A DNA stretch of 64,000 nucleotides from the NCBI GenBank assembly GCA_049599475.1, contig JBMYOQ010000010.1, positions 1-64,000 of the forward strand, in the 5' to 3' direction. Shown one piece after another: positions 1 through 9,267 of this stretch. The notes beneath the pieces are model-generated. The model was not told the DNA's origin. It made no database searches and saw nothing but the letters and a program-made list of their open reading frames with translations. The stretch comes from Opitutales bacterium. Its GTDB lineage: Bacteria; Verrucomicrobiota; Verrucomicrobiia; Opitutales; JABSRG01. A program made the translations under genes and the position numbers. Every line of letters begins with the position of its first letter. The first letter of the stretch is position 1.

Positions 1-25
1 GGTTCGAATCCCGGAGGGGGCGCCA
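1..25 (+). tRNA. 3' end of a tRNA gene (T-arm, acceptor 3' strand, CCA); truncated by window edge, identity unknown
   Basis: GGTTCGAATCCCGG T-arm motif, then 7-nt AGGGGGC, discriminator G and encoded CCA; anticodon not visible. Confidence 0.85.
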
Positions 26-152
26 TTTGGAAGGATGGATGAGGGTTGGAGGATGAAATCCGCCTTAGTTCCAGGAAGTTAATTCGTGATTGAGCCCGAT
101 GATGAGGGACCAATAATCAATCGCAGATTACCTCATTTAGAGCGTAAAAAAC

Positions 153-635
153 CTACTCAGGCAGTGACAACAATATGTATTCGTCATCATAAGTGATATC
201 TCCAGTGGCTGCCGAACCATCATCGAGAGTCGCATCTACTTTTTGGAATAAAGAACTATTCTCCGCTCCAGGCGTATCTAAAACGATCTCTGGGATGTAT
301 GATCCATCATTCGGATTGTAAAATTCCCAAACGCCATTCGCGAACCCTGAGCCCTCATTCCATTGGCCCTGCCCTATCCATCCCACAAATTCTGGTGCCA
401 AACCTCCACTTGTATGTTCCGGGAGACTCCCTTCGGACAAGGAGTATGCCTGAATCGCGTCGCGGAAAACACGCATATCATTCGCAACCCGAGAGGCCTG
501 CGAACTCTCCCTGATTTTGTTAAACGCTGGAACGGCAATCGCAGCCAATAGACCTATTGTAACCACCACGATCATTATCTCGATCAGGGTAAATCCCGTC
601 ATTTTGCCTAATCTCGCCGTATTCCTATAAAACAT
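153..635 (-). CDS. Type IV pilin-like protein (prepilin N-terminal cleavage/methylation domain)
   Basis: G|FTLIEIMIVVVTIGLLAAIAVPAF class III signal with E5. Confidence 0.9.
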   Translation of the reverse strand: MFYRNTARLGKMTGFTLIEIMIVVVTIGLLAAIAVPAFNKIRESSQASRVANDMRVFRDAIQAYSLSEGSLPEHTSGGLAPEFVGWIGQGQWNEGSGFANGVWEFYNPNDGSYIPEIVLDTPGAENSSLFQKVDATLDDGSAATGDITYDDEYILLSLPE

Positions 636-878
636 GAGCCAAAAGCCCCATGTAAGTCGGCTAAACCAAGCAAAAATGAAATCTAAGATGAACCAGCACT
701 ATATATAGAAGTGTCCGCTTAATTAAAATAATCAGCCTCATGGACTGAGCTACCTGTTAGCGAACAGTTCTACACAGGAGATGCACAAATTTATCGCATG
801 GGAGCTATCATTCGTAACCGTCCGCGGCTAAAAGGATGCTGCTTGTCCGTTTAACTAAGTAGAGCTAAAAAGCTTCGC

Positions 879-1835
879 CTAAGCCCGGGTAAACTCGACA
901 CCCGCTCTCCAGGAATAATCCCTTCCCGAGGCCCCAAGGACGAACTCCTGACAAAGCCAATCGGTAAACCGACCCCCGGCCTTGTGAGTCAGGGGATACC
1001 CCCCTCCAAAACGCGGATTGATATCTGTAATCTGAAGCTCACTTGTTTTCTCGCAACGAATCGCCTGAAAATTAATCGGCCCACGAGCATTTCCATAAGT
1101 AGCGCGCGCAAATCGATTTCCCAGGTCGAGAAGGTCCGAATCCTCCACCGTAACACCTCGGGACACTTCTCCATTAAGCGTCTCAATACGTTGATGAGGT
1201 ATGATTGCCTGACACTGTCCTCTCGGATCAAAATATAAATTCACGGTATATTCGGGTCCCGTGATATAGTGCTGAAAACCGATCGGATCCACAGCCCTAT
1301 TCAAGCATGCCTCGGCTTCTTCCCTCGAGCCTAACACAGATACCCCGCGCGACGCAGAACCAAACGTGGGTTTAGCGATCCAGACTCCTTCCGTAAAATC
1401 AACCTCATTGAAAGAGGTCTTCCAGCCAGGATGGGGCAATCCGGACTCATCCAACCATTTTGCAGCAGCCTCTTTCCCAAACCAACTCTTCATCAGGCTC
1501 TGATTCGAGACGATTACCTGAATTTCTCCAAAAACAGAACCTTCCTTCCACCGAGCCCAAAGAGCCATCTCGGCATCGCGCGTCGGAACGATGTGGGTAA
1601 CACTAAATTTTTGGCAAAAGCCATTGGCCCATTCCAAAAAGAAATCATCACCGCTCATTGGTGCCATTTCCCAAAAATCAACCGAATCGGCATTCGGCGA
1701 GGACTCTGAGGCATCCGTACCCAAAAGCTGATACGGTTCAGGTCCAGTCAGGATTTCTGATATCGAAGATTTCAAATGTTGCGCCAAGGCGCGTTTGCGC
1801 CCCAATGCCGGCATCCAAATCCCACGTTTGTCCAT
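879..1835 (-). CDS. ATP-grasp domain ligase (CarB-like/PylC-like)
   Basis: KPTFGSASRG, EYTVN and DINPRFGGG ATP-grasp motifs. Confidence 0.8.
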   Translation of the reverse strand: MDKRGIWMPALGRKRALAQHLKSSISEILTGPEPYQLLGTDASESSPNADSVDFWEMAPMSGDDFFLEWANGFCQKFSVTHIVPTRDAEMALWARWKEGSVFGEIQVIVSNQSLMKSWFGKEAAAKWLDESGLPHPGWKTSFNEVDFTEGVWIAKPTFGSASRGVSVLGSREEAEACLNRAVDPIGFQHYITGPEYTVNLYFDPRGQCQAIIPHQRIETLNGEVSRGVTVEDSDLLDLGNRFARATYGNARGPINFQAIRCEKTSELQITDINPRFGGGYPLTHKAGGRFTDWLCQEFVLGASGRDYSWRAGVEFTRA

Positions 1836-1864
1836 ACTTGTTCTATCGATCCATTACGGACGAA

Positions 1865-3157
1865 CTAAATCTCCAACTGCATCTGATCTTGGTCTTTTTC
1901 TGGAACAGTCCAAAGAGGCCCATCTTGGAAATGCACCTCGAGTCGACGCCCTTTCGCCGCCGCTGACCTCTCCGAAACGATGCGTCCCTTCGAGTCTTTC
2001 ACCATAGCAAAGCCGCGCTGCAGGGTGCGGTGCGCCGAACAGGTCTCCAAGCGCTCAGTCAAAGCCTCCACTTTTTCCAGTTTGCGGGCGATCACTCCAG
2101 ATGGATCCGCCGTTGACCAGCGCTCGTTCAGTCGATCCAAAGAGACCGCGGCCTGCTCCAAACCTCGCTGAACTAGGTGATCCAGGCGGTTTTGCTTTTC
2201 ATCAAGGAGCATCTCCATGCGCTCTAGACGGTGCTGTGGCGTAAATCGCTTGAGCTTCTCTTCACTCAGATTGATGCGCTGTTCACAGCTTTGCAAAACC
2301 TGGCGTATCCGTTGGTTCAAGCGGTCTTCCAGACCTTCAGCGTGTTGCCTGGCTTCACTAAACGCGCTAGAGATTCGTTCGGCAGCACCACTCGGGGTCT
2401 CAGCCCGCCAATCCGCTGCAAAGTCCGTAAGGACAAAATCGATTTCGTGGCCCACTGCTGAAATTTTGGGTATCGGACATTCAGCAAATGCGCGCACCAC
2501 GGCCTCCTCATTGAAAGCCCACAAGTCTTCCAAGCTGCCACCTCCCCGGGTGACGACTAGCAGATCAAATCCACTCATCTCCGAAACACGCTCAATCTGT
2601 TTTACAATCCCAGGAATAGCCTCTGCCCCCTGCACACGTGCATTGAAAATCACAATCTCGCCGACCCAAGACCGGCGCTCCAATATGCCCAAGAAATCTT
2701 GTATGGCTGCACCCGAGGCTGAAGTAACGACCGCTACGCGCAGCGGCAACGGCGGTATCGGGATGCGCCTCTCGCTGTCAAACAATCCCTCCTCGGAAAG
2801 CTTGCGCTTGAGCGCTTCAAAGCGGCGCTGCAACTCCCCGACACCATCTTCCTCTATCGACTGCACAACGATCGAATAGGTGCCTTGCGGCTCATAGACT
2901 GACAGCCGACCACGGATGACCAATTGCCGCCCATTTTCGACTAAAGCCTTCATGTCCGCGTTTCCTGCAAACTTGAACAATACCGCCTTAATCTGAGCGC
3001 TTGAATCCTTCAGAGAGAAATAAATATGACCACTCGACTGGCGCCGCACATTGCTCACCTCGCCCCGAACCCGCACATCGGGCAAGGAACTCTCGAGCAG
3101 CAGCTTGATACCCTGAGTCAGCTCAGCAACGGAAACAATGGGAGCTTCAGTTGACAC
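1865..3157 (-). CDS. xseA: Exodeoxyribonuclease VII large subunit
   Basis: GEVSN, SGHIYFSLKD, RGGGSLEDLWAFNEE, SAVGHEID and ETPSGAAE motifs. Confidence 0.97.
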   Translation of the reverse strand: MSTEAPIVSVAELTQGIKLLLESSLPDVRVRGEVSNVRRQSSGHIYFSLKDSSAQIKAVLFKFAGNADMKALVENGRQLVIRGRLSVYEPQGTYSIVVQSIEEDGVGELQRRFEALKRKLSEEGLFDSERRIPIPPLPLRVAVVTSASGAAIQDFLGILERRSWVGEIVIFNARVQGAEAIPGIVKQIERVSEMSGFDLLVVTRGGGSLEDLWAFNEEAVVRAFAECPIPKISAVGHEIDFVLTDFAADWRAETPSGAAERISSAFSEARQHAEGLEDRLNQRIRQVLQSCEQRINLSEEKLKRFTPQHRLERMEMLLDEKQNRLDHLVQRGLEQAAVSLDRLNERWSTADPSGVIARKLEKVEALTERLETCSAHRTLQRGFAMVKDSKGRIVSERSAAAKGRRLEVHFQDGPLWTVPEKDQDQMQLEI

Positions 3158-3171
3158 AGAAAACTCCCTTC

Positions 3172-3203
3172 AAATCCCAAATCGCAAATCTCAAATCCCA
3201 AAA
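3172..3203. repeat. Tandem heptamer array (AAATCNC)x4 + AAAA; left arm of an inverted pair
   Basis: aaatccc aaatcgc aaatctc aaatccc aaaa. Confidence 0.85.
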
Positions 3204-3208
3204 CTGAA

Positions 3209-3559
3209 TCATTTTCCTTTTCGCTTTGAATAGATTGATCCTAAGATCACCTTCAACTGCTTGGCTTCATTTCGGAGTTCTTCGATTTTATCGCTTGCGA
3301 TAAGCCCAGATCGAACCAAGAGCTCCAGCCAATAAATCGTCTCTCCAGCTTCCATTAAAGCGATTCCTAACTTTGCCTGAAACTCGGCTTTCGACCGGGC
3401 ACTATCAGCCTCGGCGTAGTTAGCTCCAATTGAGGTACCCGACCGCAAGACTTGCTTTCCGATAACCTCAGCTTCGCGGTCTTCCGGCAAAGCCGAACTT
3501 AACCGGACAATTCTCACAGCAAATGCAAGAGTCCTGTCTTTCAGATCGTAGTCAGGCAT
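3209..3559 (-). CDS. Four helix bundle protein (23S rRNA IVS-encoded/Avd-like family)
   Basis: DLKDRTLAFA...QVLRSGTSIGANYAEA...SKAEF...EAGETIYWLELL signature, 116 aa. Confidence 0.93.
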   Translation of the reverse strand: MPDYDLKDRTLAFAVRIVRLSSALPEDREAEVIGKQVLRSGTSIGANYAEADSARSKAEFQAKLGIALMEAGETIYWLELLVRSGLIASDKIEELRNEAKQLKVILGSIYSKRKGK

Positions 3560-3565
3560 CCCCGG

Positions 3566-4195
3566 TCACATCTCCACCTTTTGGGATTCGGGATTTGAGA
3601 TTTGAGATTTCTTGCTAGTCGCCTGCCGCACCACAAACGAAACGACCACAATCAGCACAACGACCCCAATGACTAACGACGCCTGCCCAGACACAATCGC
3701 GTCTCCAAGTAGTATCATCAGCACACCCGCGGTCAGGCAGGACAAAAAGCTCATGATGAGATAGGGTTTCAGGGGGACTTTCAAAACCCCACTCGCAACA
3801 TTATGCAGACCAAAAGGAATCCCTGGGGTAAACCGAAGAATGAAAAGGAAAGTCCAGACGTTCTCCGATTTCGAAAGGAAACGACGCCGAAGCTCCACTG
3901 GATTCACAAATGGGATCCGTGCCAACCAAGTATCGGGTAATTTTGAACAAATCAAATAAGGCCAAATAGACGCCAAGTAGAGCGAACCGACCCCGAAAGC
4001 AACCACCCAAACCGGAGCCAAAAAAGATCCCCAGACTGCTCCACACAAAATCAAAAGAGGACTAGCAGGCACGCCGCAACCGGCCAAAACAACAATACCC
4101 AATCCCAGGAGCGGAGGATAGGCTTCAACTAAGGCGACGAAAGTGGCCCACAATTCTTTTAACAATTCCAGCATGTATGTATTCAGGAAGGTCAA
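3566..4195 (-). CDS. DedA/VTT (SNARE-associated, TVP38-like) membrane protein
   Basis: Hydrophobic; GVPAS..G, LRFTPGIPF..N..SG motif. Confidence 0.8.
   Translation of the reverse strand: MTFLNTYMLELLKELWATFVALVEAYPPLLGLGIVVLAGCGVPASPLLILCGAVWGSFLAPVWVVAFGVGSLYLASIWPYLICSKLPDTWLARIPFVNPVELRRRFLSKSENVWTFLFILRFTPGIPFGLHNVASGVLKVPLKPYLIMSFLSCLTAGVLMILLGDAIVSGQASLVIGVVVLIVVVSFVVRQATSKKSQISNPESQKVEM
3579..3610. repeat. TTTT + heptamer array (GRGATTY)x4; right arm, reverse complement of 3172-3203
   Basis: tttt gggattc gggattt gagattt gagattt; lies in the last codons of the DedA gene (KSQISNPESQK). Confidence 0.85.
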
Positions 4196-5991
4196 GGTTC
4201 TGGCACAGATAGCAATTCTCGAATCTGCCTCACCATCTCGGAAGGATAGTGCGCCGCAGCTCCACCCGTCACGACAGACAACGCTATCTTCGACCCGATC
4301 GCAGCATCCTTAAACCTATCAGCAGTCTCAGCCCACTGCCGTCGCGCCATCTCCCGCTCCCCCACATTCCACGCATAGACACCTCGTATAAACCCCGTGG
4401 AAGCGTCTAAAGACTTTAGAATCTCTAGTGCATCACCCAGCGTGGCCCAATATTCAGCCCGCGCGGCCTCATCCACTTCGACAAGCCACAGATTAAAAAG
4501 ACTCGTAACCCGAATCCTCAACATATCCTGCCTCGCCGGCTGCTCTCCCAGAACAGCTCCCGAATATTTTAAGGCCAACTCATCCTCCCCCAAGGCGTTG
4601 GCAGAAATAGCCAACAAAGTTTTATCCTGAATAAAAGTGCTCTCATCACGCGCATTCGCCCAGTTACCAAAGGTAAAAATAGCAAGCCCAACCACACAAC
4701 CTATGTAGAGCACCATCTTCGACCCACCTCGAAATGAGTCCTTGCTTAAGCAGGCAAGCCCGCTCGCCAGAACAGACAGCAACGGCGCCAGTGGCAGACG
4801 AAAGCGCGCACTTACGTAAAAAAGAAGAACACCCCCCGCATACGCGGATGCAACGACTAGAATAGCAAGGAATGCCTCTTTATTCATCTTTGCCCACGCA
4901 CCAAAGACCGCAGTAAACGCCAAAAGTAACACCACACCCCAGCCCAAAGGATTGACACTCAAAACAGGAAATCGCCCTTTCTGATACGCATAGCTCAGAT
5001 TGTTATACTGCTCCCAGTCATTGAACAAATAAACGAGCTTACGCCCCATCAAACCCAACCATCGTAGAGGGTCCCCGGTGACATCCTCTATGAGGCGTCC
5101 TCGCCAATAGGACGACATCGAAGCAATATCTAGCGTCTCCACATCAGGATGAGTTTGCTTATAAAGCACCTCAGACTCCATCCGTGTCGGGTTCACTCCA
5201 GGCGGAAGACTCTCAAAAGACACCGCCTGGGCAAAATATTTACCATTGGCCCCAGTCTTATTCGCAGCATAGAGATTATAGGCACCCTGCCATGGCAGAA
5301 CGCGAAATTCCCCAGAAATCGACTGATTCAGTACCCCCTGAGTCATCAGAAGGCTCCCAAACGAGATCGAAATGATAAATGCCGAACGCGCAACCAAAGG
5401 CCACTTTGAGTCCTTTTGAAGGAAAGGTAGCACTAGAGGCAAGAAACACAAAGCAATCCCAACGAGCAAAAAGCTCGGACGTGTCAATGTCGCCAACCCT
5501 ATCAACAAGCCACATGAGACGGCCGAGCCCCAAGCATCTACACCTCTACCAATTCTGAAGAGACTGATTACAGCCCCTAAAAAAAAAGAAATTCCCAGGG
5601 TAATATCCAATACCTGAACCGCAAAAAACAGGGACACAGGGTTCATCACATATAGAACTCCACCGACCCTGGCCGCATTACGAGATTTCCACAAGTACTC
5701 GGCCAACCCAGCGACAAGCCAGGCGTTCACCAAATGCACCACCAATCCGAAAACCAAAGCCCCCACTGGCAATCCAGGGAGAAAAGAAAGTAACCAAGGA
5801 TATAAGAGCGCCCGATAAAACGGCTCCTCCGGCAAGCCTTCCCCTTGGAAACGTTGCACCCAAAACAAATTCTCACGCGCATCCAGCACGGGGTATCGCC
5901 CCAAGACATCCGCCAGAAAATCGACCCAAAAAAACAAACTATAGCCCAATGGGACCAGGAAAAACAGGTATGAACGCTTCAGGTTTTGCAC
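4192..5991 (-). CDS. GT-C-type (ArnT/PMT-like) polytopic membrane glycosyltransferase with helical C-terminal domain
   Basis: Many TM segments; first-loop LDAREN, PFYRALLYP, LTRP and ARFRLP motifs. Confidence 0.7.
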   Translation of the reverse strand: MQNLKRSYLFFLVPLGYSLFFWVDFLADVLGRYPVLDARENLFWVQRFQGEGLPEEPFYRALLYPWLLSFLPGLPVGALVFGLVVHLVNAWLVAGLAEYLWKSRNAARVGGVLYVMNPVSLFFAVQVLDITLGISFFLGAVISLFRIGRGVDAWGSAVSCGLLIGLATLTRPSFLLVGIALCFLPLVLPFLQKDSKWPLVARSAFIISISFGSLLMTQGVLNQSISGEFRVLPWQGAYNLYAANKTGANGKYFAQAVSFESLPPGVNPTRMESEVLYKQTHPDVETLDIASMSSYWRGRLIEDVTGDPLRWLGLMGRKLVYLFNDWEQYNNLSYAYQKGRFPVLSVNPLGWGVVLLLAFTAVFGAWAKMNKEAFLAILVVASAYAGGVLLFYVSARFRLPLAPLLSVLASGLACLSKDSFRGGSKMVLYIGCVVGLAIFTFGNWANARDESTFIQDKTLLAISANALGEDELALKYSGAVLGEQPARQDMLRIRVTSLFNLWLVEVDEAARAEYWATLGDALEILKSLDASTGFIRGVYAWNVGEREMARRQWAETADRFKDAAIGSKIALSVVTGGAAAHYPSEMVRQIRELLSVPEP

Positions 5992-6125
5992 GGAAAAAAG
6001 CTTGGGAGAATCTCAGCTAATCGTTCAATCGGCCTTATTGAAATACCAATCAACAATAATTCTCTTTTCGTCGACCGCCAAGACCTCTTGAGTGATAGCG
6101 AGTTCTCCCGTTATACCCAAAGTCC

Positions 6126-7070
6126 ATGGCTCCAAAAAACCACATTTCCTTTGTGATTCCTCTCTATAACGAGGAGGCTACACTGGAGATTCTCTTCACT
6201 CGGATCGAGGAGGTAATGTCACAAGAAGGCCTCGAGAATTACGAAGTCATCTTCGTAGACGACGGCAGCGAGGACAAATCCTGGAACACGATTGAAGCCC
6301 TACGAAGCGCTCATCCAAATCGAATACGTGGCCACCATTTCCGGGCCAACCGAGGCAAAGCCGCAGCTCTTGCTGCCGGCTTCGAAGAAGCAAATGGCGA
6401 CATCGTCATTACCCTCGACGCCGACCTCCAAGACGACCCCAAAGAAATCCCTGCATTTCTCGCCAAATTGGAAGAAGGCTACGACTGCGTATCTGGCTGG
6501 AAACAACTCCGCAAAGACCCGCTAGGCAAAACCCTCCCCTCTCGAGTATTCAACTGGGCCACAAGAGCCGCCAGCGGCGTCCAACTCCACGACTTCAACT
6601 GCGGCTTCAAAGCCTATACGAAAGAAGCTGTCAAAAGCTTAAATCTATATGGCGAATTGCACAGGTATATACCCGTAATTCTAAACTCCGAGGGATTTAA
6701 AATCTCCGAAATTTCTGTAACCCATCATCGAAGAACCTATGGTGTTTCTAAATACGGATGGAGTCGACTAATCAAAGGAGGCCTAGATCTAATCACGGTC
6801 ATCATGCTCACGCGTTATCTGAGACGCCCCGGCCACCTATTCGGAGGACTTGGAACTCTATTCAGTATAAGCGGTTTTCTGATTCTTGCTGCATTATCGT
6901 TTCAGAAATTAGTTTTTGGTATTTCAATAGGGAATCGCCCTCTATTTTTCTTCGGGATTCTCCTTCTGCTATTTGGTTTTCAACTTGTATCCGTAGGCAT
7001 TCTTGGGGAACTTATAAATTACCACGGCCGACAGGTATTGACGGAAAACAAGTCAATGAATAGAAATTAA
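6126..7070 (+). CDS. GT2 polyprenol-phosphate glycosyltransferase (ArnC/DPM1-like)
   Basis: VIPLYNEE, VDDGSED, DADLQDDP, HDFNCGFKAY, ELHRYIP; two C-terminal TM helices. Confidence 0.92.
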   Translation: MAPKNHISFVIPLYNEEATLEILFTRIEEVMSQEGLENYEVIFVDDGSEDKSWNTIEALRSAHPNRIRGHHFRANRGKAAALAAGFEEANGDIVITLDADLQDDPKEIPAFLAKLEEGYDCVSGWKQLRKDPLGKTLPSRVFNWATRAASGVQLHDFNCGFKAYTKEAVKSLNLYGELHRYIPVILNSEGFKISEISVTHHRRTYGVSKYGWSRLIKGGLDLITVIMLTRYLRRPGHLFGGLGTLFSISGFLILAALSFQKLVFGISIGNRPLFFFGILLLLFGFQLVSVGILGELINYHGRQVLTENKSMNRN

Positions 7071-7094
7071 TCCTCAAGAGTTTCAACGGCGTTC

Positions 7095-8123
7095 ATGAAA
7101 GTGCTTATTGAAGTTCATCATCCTGCACACATCCACTTCTGGAAGAATGTTGTCCAAAAGCTCCAGGATAAAGGTCATCACGTCCTGGTTTTAGGCCGCA
7201 ACAGAAATATCATGACGGAATTATTGGAGGCATACAAATGGATTCCTCACAAAATCCCCGAAGGCTCTAAATGGGAAAAAATCCATCCGATATTCATGTT
7301 CATTTATCGACAGGTTTTCGTCACAAAATGGATTATAAAATTCAAGCCAAATGTAGTCGCCAGCCTCATGGGCAGTTACTGCCAATCCGCCAAGCTTCTT
7401 GGTATCAGAAATGTAATTTTTACCGACTCTGAATTTCAGAATCTCAACCATCGAATTGCACATCCTTTCGCGGACGAAATACATACACCGCAATGCCTTA
7501 CTGCTGATTTCGGAAATAAGCATTTCCACTACAATGGGTTCCATGAGTTATCCTACATAAATAAAGATGCAAGCATACCTGAACCTTCGTTCAATGCATT
7601 GAAGTACGATCCTCGTGGACGCGGCTATGTAGTCATGAGACTCTGCGCGTGGGACGCCTACCACGACGTGCACAACCATGGGCTTTCCTCAAAGGACATA
7701 ATGCACATCATTAAGAAAATAAATGAGCGTTGGGAAGTTTGGATACAACCTGAAGGAGGCAAACTACCTCCAGAACTCGAGCCCTTTCGATTAGAGATAC
7801 CTGCGCATCATTATCATAGCCTCATCCAAGGAGCGAAACTAGTCGTGTCTGAAGGCTTCACAACCGCAAGCGAAGCTCTAGCCCTTGGTATTCCTTCTGT
7901 AGTGATCAATCAAATCACATGCGATATTTTAGATTATCAAAATAAGTACTACAGAGCCCTTACCCACTTCACTGATTCATCAGAAGCCACCCGATGGATA
8001 GTTGATTTTTGCGAGCAAGAACACTCTATCAATACAAAAGAAGTATCAAATAAATACCTGCGAGATCACTGCCATGTAGCAGACTACGCGTACAATGTGC
8101 TTACTGGAACGAAGATGACGTAA
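7095..8123 (+). CDS. DUF354-family protein (probable GT-B fold)
   Basis: HPAHIHFW N-terminus, DSE, YNGFHELSY, SEG.T.ASEALALGIP. Confidence 0.75.
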   Translation: MKVLIEVHHPAHIHFWKNVVQKLQDKGHHVLVLGRNRNIMTELLEAYKWIPHKIPEGSKWEKIHPIFMFIYRQVFVTKWIIKFKPNVVASLMGSYCQSAKLLGIRNVIFTDSEFQNLNHRIAHPFADEIHTPQCLTADFGNKHFHYNGFHELSYINKDASIPEPSFNALKYDPRGRGYVVMRLCAWDAYHDVHNHGLSSKDIMHIIKKINERWEVWIQPEGGKLPPELEPFRLEIPAHHYHSLIQGAKLVVSEGFTTASEALALGIPSVVINQITCDILDYQNKYYRALTHFTDSSEATRWIVDFCEQEHSINTKEVSNKYLRDHCHVADYAYNVLTGTKMT

Positions 8124-8154
8124 GCAATTTTTGCAGAAAACATTCCCAATATAC

Positions 8155-9252
8155 TTAGCGATCCACTCCCAGAAACCGGCCTACCTTCTTCAGTAAACTA
8201 AAAAACCATTCTTCGCTAGGGTACTCTCGATGAGACACAGCTGGCGCTTGAATATATTCTTCAAACTCCTCCTTAGTGAATCCTAACTTTTTCAGTACAA
8301 ACTCATAATCGACTTTCTGCTGATGCTCAGATGAGTAAGGGCTTTGCTTCAATAACTCAATTGCTGCCTCACGAGACATTTGCTGCGTCATGACAAGCGT
8401 TGAAAGGTGGACCTTACGCTTATCTACATTGAATTTTTTAGGGAGTATATATCCTTGATAAAACCGTGTAAACACTGATTCATAATGTTTATATGGATAC
8501 GGTTTATATCCATGCTGGTCTTTCAAAACGGATATGGCCTCATCTTTGTTGTATACAAAATAGTCTAAAAACGAAATCCAACGAACTCTCCGAATCAAGC
8601 GTTTCCATGCAAACGAATAAGACGATATAAGTGGATGCGTTGCTATTTTTCGTTCTCCAAATCGCTTGTGAATTGCTTTAATATTGCGCACATCAAATTT
8701 GCAATGTACCCACCCCCAGGGCATACGCATTCCCTCAGTCGAAGTGTTCGAACCGGCCAAAATATACTTCAGACCATACTTCTTTGCCTGCTGATAATTA
8801 ACGGCCAACATCGCATTATCCATCAGCATCTCAATATCCACTACGTTTGCTGCAAACATGGATCGCTGAAGATCCCGATTCTCCTTCCATTCAATCACAT
8901 GAGTGTGCAAATCAACTTTTAGCGAACGAACAACAGACGCAATGTTGTGGACTGCGGACTCGGAATTCCAACCATTATCCAAATGCACCGCCAAGGGCCT
9001 AAGCCCACGTTCTACAACAAGATGCAAGGTATAGGAACTATCAACACCCCCACTCAATCCAACAATACAGTCGTAGGGTTTGCCCTGGCCATTTTTCCGA
9101 ATGGACTCGATTAAGGTATCGAGCGAGTTTGCGGAAGCCACGGGAGCTTCCAATTTCCCTCTAAGTTCGCTACAATAGTTGCACCCTCCTTCAGCATTGA
9201 ATACGATATCAGGAGCTGTTTCGTCCATCACGCAGCGTTTGCAGACTCTCAT
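8155..9252 (-). CDS. wbuX: N-acetyl sugar amidotransferase (WbpG/WbuX/AglX family)
   Basis: CKRCVMD, GCNYC, YDCIVGLSGGVDSS PP-loop, DNGWNS, KHYES. Confidence 0.9.
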   Translation of the reverse strand: MRVCKRCVMDETAPDIVFNAEGGCNYCSELRGKLEAPVASANSLDTLIESIRKNGQGKPYDCIVGLSGGVDSSYTLHLVVERGLRPLAVHLDNGWNSESAVHNIASVVRSLKVDLHTHVIEWKENRDLQRSMFAANVVDIEMLMDNAMLAVNYQQAKKYGLKYILAGSNTSTEGMRMPWGWVHCKFDVRNIKAIHKRFGERKIATHPLISSYSFAWKRLIRRVRWISFLDYFVYNKDEAISVLKDQHGYKPYPYKHYESVFTRFYQGYILPKKFNVDKRKVHLSTLVMTQQMSREAAIELLKQSPYSSEHQQKVDYEFVLKKLGFTKEEFEEYIQAPAVSHREYPSEEWFFSLLKKVGRFLGVDR

Positions 9253-9267
9253 ATATAAGTCATCTCC

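Noticed and set aside
1..900. tRNA-anchored integrative element
   Set aside because: No integrase, and I saw no duplicated tRNA 3' end (att site) elsewhere in the window
5579..5587. A9 tract as phase-variation switch in the GT-C gene
   Set aside because: In frame, encodes Phe-rich TM sequence; such runs are expected in membrane protein genes
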